Source: Dimargaris cristalligena
Taxonomy: Eukaryota
Reading direction: 5' to 3'
DNA: 64,000 nt
Assembly: GCA_003614675.1 (NCBI GenBank)
Contig: ML002215.1
Span: 1 to 64,000, forward strand
Positions 45,260-58,109 of the stretch are shown one piece after another (the first letter of the stretch is position 1; each line of letters begins with the position of its first letter). Made by a program: the position numbers and the translations under genes. Below the pieces are notes generated by a model, which saw only the letters and a program-made list of their open reading frames with translations, was not told the origin of the DNA and searched no databases.

Positions 45260-46900
45260 TTAGGCAGACGCTGAAGGAGGGGGAAGATATACCCCTTTCA
45301 AAGATTTAGATATGTCAGGCTGGGCCAAGACGGCATAGCAGAAAAGATACTGAATGGCGGATTGGACCATCGTGACCCGTTGGGCCCGTAGATAGCGCAC
45401 CAGGTCGAAAATTAGATCCCCGGCTAGGAGGATTTGGGAAGCTGACCGACCGGCGTAGGAGGCGAATAATTGTTGGACGAAGGGTTGGAGAATAGGCGCA
45501 ACTCGACTACTAGCCTCCCCCTGCCACTGTTGAGCTAGTACCATTGGTAATGAGGCGGTGGAGTTAGGAATAGGGTGGTTTGATTTGGAGGGAATTTGGG
45601 GGGAATTTGTAAATTTGGCCAACTGGGGATTGCTTTCAAGGGCGTGGAGAGCCCAATCGAGGGCAATAAAGGTACCCGTACGACCACACCCGGCACTACA
45701 ATGTACGATGACTGGAGCCCGCGGGGAATAATCAGCATCCGATGTTAACGCAATTGACGAGTCGCGTGCAGAAGAAGTTGACGGATTAGAAGGGAGTAAC
45801 GACGAGGGGGAAGGGGAGGAAGTGGAGTAAAAAGGGGGATTGTATTGGTAAACGGCATCCCGGAGGTGAGTGAACAGTTCTAGCTCGTTCGGTACCCCGC
45901 AGTCCGGCCAGCTTTGGTAATGAAGTTGGGTTACTTGGAGGGAGGAATTTCCCAGGCTAACCAAGAGGTCCCGGACAATGGCCCCAGTGGAGGGGTCGAA
46001 CCGTTCCCCGCGTAGTGTAACGCGCAGTCCACCTAATTCGGCGAAGACGAGGGTGGGCGGAGGAGAGCTGTGACTAGCTGGGGTCCGATTTTTCCTCATG
46101 GGCCAGTAGACGTCGCATTTTAGCACGTTTTTCTCGACCTCGCGGGTTAACATTACAATAACCCGGGCCTGCTGCTGCCAGACCAGGGCCCAAAAGTCGC
46201 CTATGGTACTACTCAGCGGACCCTGGGTGGCGATGTAGGTTTGGCCCGTCTGCCAAGGTGCAAAGATCCAACTGGCGTTGATGTAGTCGCCGGGCACCCC
46301 CCCTTCATCGCCGTCCTCACCATCTGACCCAGCCGCATCGCTATCATCCTCACCGCCATCAGCGTCACAGGCCAATGCCTGGGTATGACGATGGCCGGTT
46401 TCGGAATCGGCGGTATCGATGGAGCGGCGGGATATTAGTTCCTCGAGACTGTGGTACACCGAGGATAATCCTTCTGCGACGGCAGTTAGTGGCCCTCCTC
46501 TGCTCGCTTCACTTATCCGTTTGGCCGACGAGTCCATAGTAGAAGACGGGGGCAGAGCAGGGGGTTGGGGATCGTCGCCACCGCCGACCAACCGGCGCCG
46601 GAGTCGAACCCGGTTATACTCAAAAGGCAGGATATCTTTGTAGCGATCCACGTCCCACCGCGCATACACTGCGGAAAGGGCCACCCGATGGTACGGGTGT
46701 TGCGGTTCGGTGCGGGCCGTGAGAAAGGCGGCCTTTTCTTCGTCGCATATCCATTCAAAACGCTGGGCGAGTAAGTGGCGGGTGTGGACCTGGTCGAACG
46801 AACGGAGGGTTTCCCCTAAAGGTAGGGTAGCGGGCGGTGGGGTGGAAGGGGTGGTTGCGAGCGCAAACTTTGGTCGGCTGGTATTGATATGGACGCGCAT
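45260..46900 (-). CDS. Classical protein-tyrosine phosphatase, 546 aa
   Basis: DRYKDILP, DYINAS, YIATQGP, IVMLT, KCDVYWP, WPDCGVP, catalytic VHCSAGCGRTG, Q-loop MVQSAIQY. Confidence 0.93.
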   Translation of the reverse strand: MRVHINTSRPKFALATTPSTPPPATLPLGETLRSFDQVHTRHLLAQRFEWICDEEKAAFLTARTEPQHPYHRVALSAVYARWDVDRYKDILPFEYNRVRLRRRLVGGGDDPQPPALPPSSTMDSSAKRISEASRGGPLTAVAEGLSSVYHSLEELISRRSIDTADSETGHRHTQALACDADGGEDDSDAAGSDGEDGDEGGVPGDYINASWIFAPWQTGQTYIATQGPLSSTIGDFWALVWQQQARVIVMLTREVEKNVLKCDVYWPMRKNRTPASHSSPPPTLVFAELGGLRVTLRGERFDPSTGAIVRDLLVSLGNSSLQVTQLHYQSWPDCGVPNELELFTHLRDAVYQYNPPFYSTSSPSPSSLLPSNPSTSSARDSSIALTSDADYSPRAPVIVHCSAGCGRTGTFIALDWALHALESNPQLAKFTNSPQIPSKSNHPIPNSTASLPMVLAQQWQGEASSRVAPILQPFVQQLFASYAGRSASQILLAGDLIFDLVRYLRAQRVTMVQSAIQYLFCYAVLAQPDISKSLKGVYLPPPSASA

Positions 46901-47596
46901 GGTAATCGGGGAAGGACGGGCCGGGGGTTGGGTGTGGTAGGAAAAAAGGAGATAAGGGTGACGGCTAAATCAGGAATGCGGTGCAATCGGAAGTGACCGC
47001 GGTGTGGTAATCCTTTAGGGAAACCAGGCTGACTAAGTATGCGGCGAGTGGAGAAAAAAATATATGAAATGGGAATGGACCCTTGGTGAAATGGGCTCGA
47101 CTCGGACAGTATGGAGAACTCGTAATGAGATCGCGGCTAAGTGGACAAGGTAGATTCTCTCTCGTAAATTGCAAACAGGAGTAAACTGGGAATATATCGC
47201 CCTATATATAAAGAACTGCGACAACACAGCCTAAGACGATACAAAAAACTAAGGGAGATTTGGAGCGAGGAAAAAACCGAATAAGCCAACTAAAACTGGC
47301 TATACATAGATGGCCAGGTATATATCTCCTTCTCTTTCTCTCTCTCTTTAAATCTATGGTATCGCCTGCATTGGAAAAGATGGAACGGGGGGTTGTCAGT
47401 AGATACTGTAACGGTTTAGGTCGAGTGGGACCTATGGATTAACCGAGTTTCCAAAGAAGGAAGGATTTAACAAAATAACAAGGTGCCGAGTTGGGCGGGA
47501 AAAGTTTTTAAAGAGTTATTTATTGATTATTAAATCGAAACTTAAGGAGTCAAGATTATGCTGTGTCTATTCGTTATATACTACTCGGTTGGTTGT

Positions 47597-48076
47597 CTAC
47601 TGGCTTGGGCGGCTGCTGTTCACCACTTGCCCGGTGGAGGTGGATGTAAGGGGAGGGACAGGTTGGATGATTTCATTGGCCGGATGTCCTAGTCGCTCTA
47701 TAGTTGGGTGTTCCGCCTCGCCTGGCGGTTGCAATACACAGGCGAATACAATTATATATAACTCTACACAGTGGTAGCAGGAGGTGTATATGCCTGTCAT
47801 CGCCAAGATCACCGGATAGTTAAAGGCGGGGACCATAATATATGGCCCCAAGTTACAATTGACGAGGCAGGTTCGGCCTAGCTGTTTCTCAATAGAATCC
47901 TGGAAGTTTAAAGACCATGGAAGTATAATGCTGGGCAACTCCACCTTCGACGTGCTATGCCTAGGGGTCCGCAAGACGACCTTGGCATCCTTTTTGGGCT
48001 GCTTCGACACCATGATAAAAGGTTTGGGCATGCCTGGGGACGCAGATTGGGTGGTCTGGGGGGTGCTGGTGTACAT
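47597..48076 (-). CDS. Hypothetical orphan protein (~159 aa)
   Basis: Open frame from ATG 48076 in a GC-richer patch within AT-rich intergenic DNA; no recognisable motif. Confidence 0.3.
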   Translation of the reverse strand: MYTSTPQTTQSASPGMPKPFIMVSKQPKKDAKVVLRTPRHSTSKVELPSIILPWSLNFQDSIEKQLGRTCLVNCNLGPYIMVPAFNYPVILAMTGIYTSCYHCVELYIIVFACVLQPPGEAEHPTIERLGHPANEIIQPVPPLTSTSTGQVVNSSRPSQ

Positions 48077-49326
48077 AGTAGATACAGGGTATAGTTGTAG
48101 GGAACAAGAAAAATCAATTATCAAAATACTTGGACAGTACTATTAAAAATAATAAGGGTTTTATTGAAATGAATAATAGGACAGAAATAATATATGAACT
48201 TTAAGGGGGTAGACGACTTCCTGGTTTCCTTCACAGAATTCCGACATCTTTTATGTGAATTCGGGTATTTTAGAAGTGTCAGTTACATTTGCAAGAAGAT
48301 ATACATAGTATGGAAGTAAGCTATGTTATGTGATTTCATTGGCAGTACATCAACGATAAAAGAATTACAATGCCATTCATTTTAGTAATGCTATAAATGA
48401 AACCGCCACAATAGACGTTAGTATAATAAAAGCAGTCTAAGCATAGCACGGGCGGGTGCCATGCACGGGATATATAATCAACCACTGGCAAACAATCACG
48501 ACATGTCGGACGGCACTACATACACTACATGATACTGTTCGCGGTCAATTAAGTATACCACTATAAAACCCCAGCCTGTATAGAATTGGGTCATTTTCAA
48601 GATAAGTTTCACCAAAAATTGCAACTTAAATTCAGCAGCGGCGGAGATCTGCCTGCCGAGTGCCAGGGGGGATGGTTAGGTAATACGGGGGGAGCCTTAT
48701 CTCCCTAATGGCTAAACGAACAGGGATGGGAGATGATTAGCATGGTGGCCGGGTCTATCATTGGATGACTTCGACTTCTACAAGCGGGCGGGATGAAAAA
48801 GCGGGGGTAAAAACGAATCGTGGCTGCAAGTCCAACCTTGGGTGTCTATTCTAAATAGGCATTGCACTCCCTGCTTGAAGCTCACATACAGTTGCTTGAC
48901 TAACTATTCGCCGAATAGTGTCAATGTGTGAACTAACCTATTCACAAGTTGGTTTCGTATGGAAATGATCGTCGTTTTCGTCAGCCCATTCATTCGGATT
49001 TTCCGACAAAACTAGGTGCCAGCCCTTTAACCATTATCGATGGGTATATAGCTAAACCACCTCGCCCCCTTACACAAGAAGCCTTTGGAGCCCTTTATCT
49101 CTTAAATTTATCCACTTGTGCAATATATATTTCACTGTATTTTATCTAATCCGCTATAATCGCACCTTCATTAATAGGCTTTGCTTCCATTCTTATCACA
49201 ATTGTCGACGGGTACTTCTTTCCACTCCGTCCCCTACTTCACTACTTCCACCTTCGTAATTCCCACTCCTTATATCCATTTAACAGCCTGTTCTTCATAG
49301 CCCGCTACTCGCCATAACTCTGAAGG

Positions 49327-50851
49327 ATGGTTGGCTTCCAATTCTGGGCCTACGGACTCGCTTTAACCGGTCTGATGATTCCCGGGTTGACCGCCAGTCA
49401 AAAACAGGTTCGCCTATATGGCGATATCATTGCATTGGCCAACGACTACAGTATCGCGACAAACGAGACATCCTTCGAAATTGATACAGTGCAGGTTATT
49501 GATTCCAGAATATCCCAAGCTGTGAAGTTCGAGGTACGTTGGCTCTTCCCAAGGCTCTCCCATACAGATTTTTTTATTTTTAAAAAATGTCCTCCCGCCC
49601 CCACACCTAAGCACATTGCCCCATAAAGGCCCCGGCCCTATGGTCAAAAGAGCAGCGAAGTTCACCTGACTCCGAGAGGGTCGTTTCCACCGGACATTTA
49701 CTGACGACTATCCACACTCTTTCTACTGCATTTACGGGTTTTCTCTAACTATTTGGGCCACTTAACCACTATGTATATTCTCGTGCCAACAGGGTTTGCC
49801 ATTCGAGTACAGCGCCAGCAAGAAACAAGACTACCCGTCCAAACTAGGCTATGTAGCCCTGTTTAATTTGACGACCTACGAATCCACATCGACCAGCCTC
49901 CAGTACTTTAACAGGGACCAAGTCGATTTTTCTATTGGATATCGCACCGATGATAAGCCCAATCTTAACGGCTTGAGTTTGGCAACCAATCGGCCGATCG
50001 TTACCATCCCGAGCAGTGCCGCCCGTAAACTCGTCCAGGCCATGGAGGACCACCCATCTTCGCTGTACCTTCGCATGTCCTTCTTGGATGCCCAAGGTGA
50101 CGAGATTACTTCAACCAATATCATTAAGAGCGAATCGAACACCGGTGCAATTATTGGTGGCGCCGTAGGCGGAGCCGTCGGGGTTATTGCTCTGCTCCTC
50201 GCGGCCTTCTTTATCCGTATGACCATTCGCCGTCGCCACTACGACCGCGCCCGGGCAGGCCGACGAGGCCAGGGTATCGAAACACTGCAAGCCAACTTGA
50301 AGAAGAGTGCGGCGGGACCGTTGGACCCCCAGCTGCTCCAGTATATTCCCGAGATTGACACCAAGAGGCGGGATCTCGCCGATCTTAAACGGGCGGCCCC
50401 GTTGCATCATTCCCACGACAGTGAAGCGTCGATGCTCGACACCCGTGGTGACGACCAAGTGGACGAGGACGCCGACCTGAGTCAGGCGAGTACGCGGCAG
50501 GCATCCCAGGTTCATTTCAGTTCGGCCCCGGTCAATGAGAAGGTTTTGGGCGGTCTTTTGACCCACGATGGGCCGGCCGATGTATCGGCTGATATGGATG
50601 GCACCCACGAGACCTGTTCGGTTTGTATCGATGACATCGAGAAGGGCCAGAAAATCCGCCAACTGCCCTGTTTCCACATCTTCCATGTCGAGTGTATCGA
50701 TCAGTGGTTGCTCGAAAAGTCGTCGGCCTGTCCTTTGTGTAAATTCGATGTGGCTCGTCACTGCATTCAAATGGCGGGACCTGGCTATCGCCCGCCGGTG
50801 GCTGCACCCAAAAAGGGGCCTAACGAGGAGCACACCATTTATATTTACTAA
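49327..50851 (+). CDS. Signal peptide + lumenal (PA-like) domain + TM + RING-H2 E3 ligase (RNF13/GRAIL-type architecture), 2 exons
   Basis: Exon 1 49327-49533 (signal MVGFQFWAYGLALTGLMIPGLTA), exon 2 49793-50851. TM GAIIGGAVGGAVGVIALLLAAFFI followed by RRR; RING-H2 CSVCIDD...LPCFHIFHVECIDQWL...CPLC. Confidence 0.88.
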
Positions 50852-53593
50852 GTGCTTACGTAAACCCCTTTATTTTGTTTGATATATTATTTCCCAGTCT
50901 ATAACTGGCTGCTGAGGTATAGGCTGTCACGTTTTAGTAAGATAGCTGGAGCTTTTACAATAATTATCCAGATTACAGGGTTTTTCTTTAATTCACGCCG
51001 GTGTATTTGTGCTAGCCTTTATGTATATATAACCCTATACCAACTGTTGCCGTAGCTGCAAGTTCTCTTGATAATATTATTCCGAGATTAATAGGCTGGG
51101 CACTAATAGTATAACCTTGAAATAGAAAGCGCCGCTAAAGGACAGGTAGTCTCGTTAGCGACGGTGTTATTTAAATGTACGTTGACTACATTTGAGGGCT
51201 ATGTTTGGTACAGTAGAAAGAAAATGCTAACGTCCATGGGATAGGGCAGTCATTTGGCAACAGTACCAATGTTGCCTAAATTGAGTTACAATATTGGAAG
51301 TCATATAACCCTATATTTCTCATGTTAGTGAACAGCTTTTTACCCGATACATAACTTGTTAATTTTTTCTTAAGGGGTGCAATAATTACAAAATATAAGG
51401 GGGTGGTAATTTTAGGGCTGGGGAGGGCCTCTCGTTCAGGAAAATACCGTAATAACTACCCTTTTTTGTGCCCTATATCCATAGGCACTTATATATTGAC
51501 TGCAGTGCTCGGCCTGTGTTTAGTATCGCTCTCAAATTATTTAAACAGCTCATCACGGCGATATTTGACTAATATGGTGCTACTATAGAATCATGGAAAT
51601 TGCCCTCCTCCCCCTCTGACATAATAAAATTTTGCCTCCATTTACAACTATATTCAACTTTAAACAATAATACTAATCAGAGTGGTGGATATTGACGTAA
51701 AGTGCCGTAAACAGACCGCATTCATGCCATTGCTATATGACCATTTCAAAAACCAGTGAACTTGGATAGAAATTTGGATACTCGTGGCTCTTAGTAAACG
51801 CCTTTTTTTAGTCAGATATGCGGATGGTTTGACCAGGACCTTTTCCGCCATCGCTAAATGAACCTAATTTTAAAATTGGTTGCTAGGGCGAAGAATGCCA
51901 TCAAGGAAGATGCTATGGCCATTGGCTCATTGCTATTGTAATTAAACGGCTAGGAAGAAATGCAACCCAAAGGGGGGAGTGTGAGACCCTGGCTATAACT
52001 AGAATATATATGGGAGGGGTGCAAACGACATTTATAGTACCTGGTGTAGCTTGAGTATTTTGAACACTGGTATGGTATACAGGTCTTTGATTGATGTAAA
52101 TTATTAGCCAATTATCGTCGGGCGGCATGTAGGAGAGCGGTAGAACTAGAGGGATTCCGCTGATGGTCGCGTATACAAATTATAATTTAATTTCGGTTTG
52201 GGTAACACAGTGGGCTATTAATATCCGCTCTTTGACCCTACCCGCACTTCCACTTTATCGAGATAGCCCCAATGTTTCCCCCCATAATGGCCCTCACATG
52301 AACCGGGCTGTTCCATTCGCTTCATACTCTGGCCTATTTCCTTGCCGTTTCTCTCCGCCATAGGCGTCAGACGCCACTACTCGAGCATTGGGCAAGGTTG
52401 TCGCAGAATAAAGGACTTTCTAATCAGTATCCCAAGACGCCCGCTGTATTTGCAATGTATTATTTAAAATAAGTGCACTTTTCGCGGATGTATGGTATTA
52501 GACTAGATTGGGAGCTCCAGTAGCTCAACTCAACATCGTCTATTACAGGCTTTCTGGCCGAGATTCTGTAGCAGCCATAGGGGTGCAATTCCTAGTCGAA
52601 CGACTGTTTAAAAAAATATTGATTGTTCATCCTTCAAGTTATTCGCCGGTGGCAACCTATCGATTTTCTACCGGACCAAGGTGCAGTACGCTATACTAAT
52701 TATTTTTAGCCATCCCAAGTGAAATATCACTGTGGTAGAAATAACACACATTCGATTGTCGGGAAAACAATGGGGACACGGAGGATTGATAAAGAAGGGG
52801 AGGATAGGATATAACCCGAGCACAACAATTCTAATTCGACTAATATGAATTTTCCGATGAGGAAAAACACGGCGACCAAAATCAGGGATGTCCTCTTCTG
52901 CACCAGCCCACCATTGGCAATGGTCGGCTACTTCATTATTCGACTGGCTCATGCTCGACGGCGGAATCGGGAGACTGTAGCGTATACGGCTATTAGTATA
53001 GGGGTGACTAGGGAAAGAAACCACCCGGGACTAGAAAGGAGGTGGCGGGGGCAGTTGGTTTTGGTGGTAGTCGGCGAGAGTACAAATCTTCTCTTCCAGT
53101 CAGCTGTCACACCAGCCACTGTGTTGACCAAGTGGCCCGCTGTGCTACTATAGTTGAAATTAGAAGCGTTTGGCCAGGATACCTCCGCCGCTGATGGCTC
53201 AAAAACCAGCTTGGTAAAAAGGCGAAGGATCAAAATTATACGCTACGGTTCGGTATTGGTGCAGAGCGGCCGGGCCCTGTAAGGCAATTTATTTGGGGAA
53301 GAGTCCTTAAGTTATACCCGTAGGGTAGTACAATAACCATTTATTTTACCGAGAGCCCCAAGAGCGGCGGACAGATGGGGATGAGCCGGTCTACCTTTCC
53401 TTTGGCTAAACATTTTATAAATAGCTGGCGGTATCGCCCTTTCCTTGATTCAACAAATCATCCGCCCTTCAACTCACTCCCCCTCTCCACTCCTTTGCTT
53501 ACCTTCAAGCCTCCCTTTTTGCGCCATCGACAAGCTCGTGTGCCTCTTGCTCAACTTTTTGCACCCTTTTCTCCCGCCCTCCGCTAACCCACC

Positions 53594-54305
53594 ATGGTGT
53601 TCCTGCATATGAACATCCTTGGCTTGGCCGTTCTGGGCCTCTCATTTAGTCTTCAGACCCAACATGCTACGGCCGGGTATTTCGGACTCTACAACAATCC
53701 CGCTCAGTTGAGCCATGCTAGCGATTGGACCAATGCTGTTGCTGGCAACCCCGCCATTGGAGAGTCCGAGCACCAGGGCATGTGGGTTAACGGCCGATTG
53801 ATCAAAAAGGCCTTTAGTGTAAGTACATCTGGGTTCTATGGGCCACGCTCTGGCGTAGAGTCTCCCCACTATGGGCTTATGGGTTAGCGATGGAGTGCTC
53901 ATACTTTTTGCCAGCCTCCACTTTTACATAATATTTTGGCTGAGATGACTCCCTTGAATGTGGGCCCCAGGGTTATGACATCTTGAATGGTGGGCTCTAT
54001 CAATATATACCTTAAAACCATTTGGCCCTTGAATAGCCTACCTCAGCTAGTATACTGACAGCATTTACTCCTAGGGGTTCTGCAGGTGCCTTGAGTATAT
54101 CCGGTTGACAAATAACATTTACTTTAACCATCTAACTCACAAACTATTTACGGGTTCACCTCTTTTATAATCAACTCCACAGATTAAGGAAGCAGACAGA
54201 GATATTACCAGGAACATGTCCCCTCAAGAAAAGGAAAGATACTACCAAAGTGGAGAGCAGATTAGGGATGCTTTGATGGGAAAGACCCCCCCTACTCAAA
54301 ACTAA
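53594..54305 (+). CDS. Small secreted protein, 2 exons, ~115 aa
   Basis: Signal-like MVFLHMNILGLAVLGLSFSLQTQHATA; donor GTAAGT at 53819; acceptor CAG at 54180-54182 gives in-frame exon 54183-54305 (IKEADRDITRNMSPQEKERYYQSGEQIRDALMGKTPPTQN*); TATAAATA near 53416. Confidence 0.65.
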
Positions 54306-54576
54306 TTCTCTCCTCTTAATGGGAATTTTTCTATAAAAAAATATATTCTTTTTTTACATTAGCCAATTTAGTTAATGTGCCTGTTTAATAAATTTAGCCT
54401 TTAGAGACCCCTTACTGGAGACCTGTTGACTTACTTAACTATATCCATATAACTGGTCCTCTTTAAAATGAGCACAGCTACCTAACTGCAATTGTTTTAT
54501 ATAGCAGAGTGAGCCATTAACAAAGGGCTAAAATAAACATTATAATATATATATATATTAAATCTCTGGCTATGGC

Positions 54577-55159
54577 TATTGGACTATCTAATATACCTTA
54601 ATCCAGCTGGCTTAGATATCCAACTATATCAGGCCTTATAGTACTATATTAGCCTTCCCATAATCACCCCTGGTACCATAGGACCATCCCTTATTATATA
54701 ACCCTTCCCCTTTTGGACCCTGCCTCTTCATACTAATCACTTGAGTACTGATCCAAAGTCTTGTCTGGTTACCCTCTGAGTCTTCTAGATACTAATAGCT
54801 GTCTAGTCAGTTCATTTACCTATACCTTAGTCTTAGTAGTATCCTCCCCTTGGGACCTCCCTCTGGAGCTATCCCTGTATATATATAACTGGGCCCTATT
54901 CAGACCAGTTAGAGTCCTCAGCTTATTTCCTACCCCCTAGTTTACCTCAATAAACTCTATATATACTCACCCCCTCATACTAACTAGTAAGTATGCCTAC
55001 TGCATATCCCTTGCATATACCTGCTGTAGCCTTTATTAGTTAGTACTATGCCCCATACCTGATACTAGTAGCCCACTTGGCCAAGCCTAAGCCCCACCTA
55101 CTGTTAAAAGCCTATCCTTAGGACTCTTGATGGACTAAGAGTGGTTAACCTAGGCAACA
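54577..55159 (+). mobile_element. Degenerate solo-LTR-like repeat, copy 2
   Basis: Colinear with 639-1211; ends ...CAACA; flanked by ATGGC / ATAGC (5-bp TSD with one G>A); no CpG. Confidence 0.72.
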
Positions 55160-58109
55160 ATAGCCTGTTTCTAATTTTAAATGCACTATGATTAAGTAAA
55201 ATGGCTACAGGGTATAGAAGTTGAATAGTTACTTTACTTATTTAAGTAAGGTGATGGCTCATTACAGGGAGATCCTCTAGCAATTTGCAGGTCATTAATT
55301 CTAGGGTAGTCAAACCATCTCACCTATTATTTGATGATTTGCCAAAGTGACTATCAGTTCAACTTCAGACACCTTCTACTACCTCTACCCAAAGGTCTAT
55401 CATACTGGTGTCAACTAGCAATATTAGCCTACAGCTGTGAAAGGGTCAGTGAGAAATAAGTTTACAATTTTTAACAGAAAGGAATAGGTATACTGTTAGT
55501 TATTTGAGGTGGAGGACGGAATGGTGGGTTGAATCAATCAGAGAGGTCAACCAGAACCCAAATTCCTGACGGTGATGAGGCGGGTCCACCCAATTACACA
55601 CCAAAAAAATATACCTATGAATTCACATGGGCCTCTATATAGTTATATTTAAATCTAGACGGGGCATTTCATTGCGCTAATGAATTTAATTGAGTCAAAG
55701 GATATATTATACTACTACGGAGAACTAAATCCTCTTACTGCAACCATCCTCCCTTTTATTTTCTGATCTGAAACTTAATATATTGCCGCTGTAATTGTAT
55801 TGCGGGGGGCTTGCAATCTTACTCACAATGTAACCATTGTTGAATCAATAACATACATAACCTTCTTTATTTCAGTATCAAAGTAGACCCCGCGTATAGG
55901 CAGCGGCTCATTACGTTAAGGCTGATCACTTTCAGCATTAATGGCATGTGTATTGTTGTGGACCAACCTAAGAAGTCGGCCGGCAAATTTGTGACACGGG
56001 GAGTTGAGATATCTTGCTGTCTACAAGAGCCAGAGGTGGTAAGTGGCGGAGAAGCTTTGGCAAGTCAAGGAGTGGCGTGACTTGTTTGGACCCGAGTCGG
56101 TTAGGCAGAGTATAGTCTGTATAGCTCGGTCATCTCATGCTCATGGGCAATGTCCATATGACTGTTATGTGTTGCCATGGTTTCCATTTGGCACCCACAG
56201 ATTTCACAAGGAAATAAATCACCCATGCTTTCGTGCATTACATAATGGTCCCAAATTGTATTCACGGGCAGATTTTCTTGGCAGCAAATGCACTCATGGT
56301 GGCTAACGTCAAGATCCGGCATAATGTGGGATTACAAATGAACGAGCAACAATACCACAAAGGAGGAACGGCTTAATTAATATATAAAGAAGATGGATTC
56401 AAGGTAGAGTATACCAAAGAGAGGCGATCGATGATTTTTGAATTAGGTTGTTGTAGGGGGTGATAGGGTACTCATCGAGTATTTATAACGAGTTGATATA
56501 TCTATGGCTACCTGGTTAAGAAAATGTAGTATCGGCAACCTTTCCAATTCACTGCCTGCTGGTAATAAGACCCCCATATTGGCATGCAAGCTGATCAATC
56601 GTGACTTAACAATCACGTTCCACAATTATGGACGTTTTGCACTCGAAATGGACAATACTGGGCAAGATTGTTGGTAATACTAACCAGATAGCCCCTACAT
56701 CATGTGAAAGCGGAGTTGCCACCAATTCCAGCCATTAAGCCATACTTCCAACCTTGGGTCCGGAGGTAGTGTCGCATTACACTAGTTGATTAAAAGACAC
56801 CTAACATGTAGAAGTTGTATTCAATATAAAGTTTTAAATGGCAGACAACCTCTTTGTAACTATCTTGTTAACAATGGTGAACTGCCCTAACCATCACACG
56901 CAACCAAATAGTACATATCATCGTGGATGATTATATTGCTTATTCCGAGTTGACCTTCCCCATTGCCAAATCAACAAACAAGCCAATGTTTACTCTTTTT
57001 ATGTACGCCCATTTTACCTATTTTTTCCAGATTCCTCATTAAGATTTCGTGATATAGCGGAGTTTGCGGAATGGCGGGTTGTTGGATTGGTGGATATCAC
57101 TAAACCTTATTTCATGCGTATGACCGCCCTTACCACCCAATAATACAGTTTCCCCATCACTATTTAGTGCATTTCATCAGTTTGGCCACAATGAAAGTGT
57201 GGGTATCCGCCTCCCACCCCTAATAGGTCATTAATGAAGAGGTTAAGGCTGTCCTTAAAAGTAGAGTGCTGTTGATTAATGCCAAGTGAAAATAGGAATA
57301 GCCTGTGGAAAGCCCCGCTGCAGAATCTAATAATTGAATTCCTTTGATTCTCGTGATTGTTTTCCAGACTGGCTATGGTTTATCAATCACGTGACAATTA
57401 GGGGCAGTGCCTAGCGAAAAAAATCGGTTCCGTGTTAAAGCGTGTAGATGCTTGTTTATAACATATTGGCAATACAACCCCGTATTAATTATGGATGTAG
57501 GCATGGTCTCCTGGCATGAACCTAGCGAAATTATTATTAGGCTAATCAAATCACGTATTTGTTCGACTTGGTCAACCCGATGTATTGCAAGAGATGTGCC
57601 CAGTGCTAAAAGCCACTAAGCCAAGCAGACTTCCTATCGAATTTGGTACAAATGACCTTGTGTACCAACACCATGAAAAGTCGGACATTGTTTACTGATG
57701 TCTTGAAAATAAGATCCCTACAGGCAATTTAATGGATCTTACTGATCCCAACCCCTAATTGTTCTGACTCTTTCACATTATGCAATTATACAATGTGAAC
57801 CAATGTTTATCACCCGCGTCATGCGCAAATTGTTTACCGTCTATAAATGCCGTGAGGTAGTACCGAAGACATAGTCGGTTATACTTTATCAATGAAAGTC
57901 AAAAAAAATATCCGGAATTTACGCTTTCGAGGTCTCTGATGACGAAATGTCGGGACAGCGAAGCCCACTTAGAGTCGTAATAAATGGTATATATAGCACA
58001 TGGGGAGGAGTGGGTTCAATTGATCCAAGAGCTAGTCTCCGAGGGTCGATCCGACCGCGCGCCATCCTTTTCCAATTCGATGTGATTACTAATCATGCAT
58101 ATCTGGCCA

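Noticed and set aside
48725-48770. AGATGATTAGCATGG resembling U6 snRNA
   Set aside because: No ACAGAGA box, 5' stem or matching downstream sequence; chance similarity.
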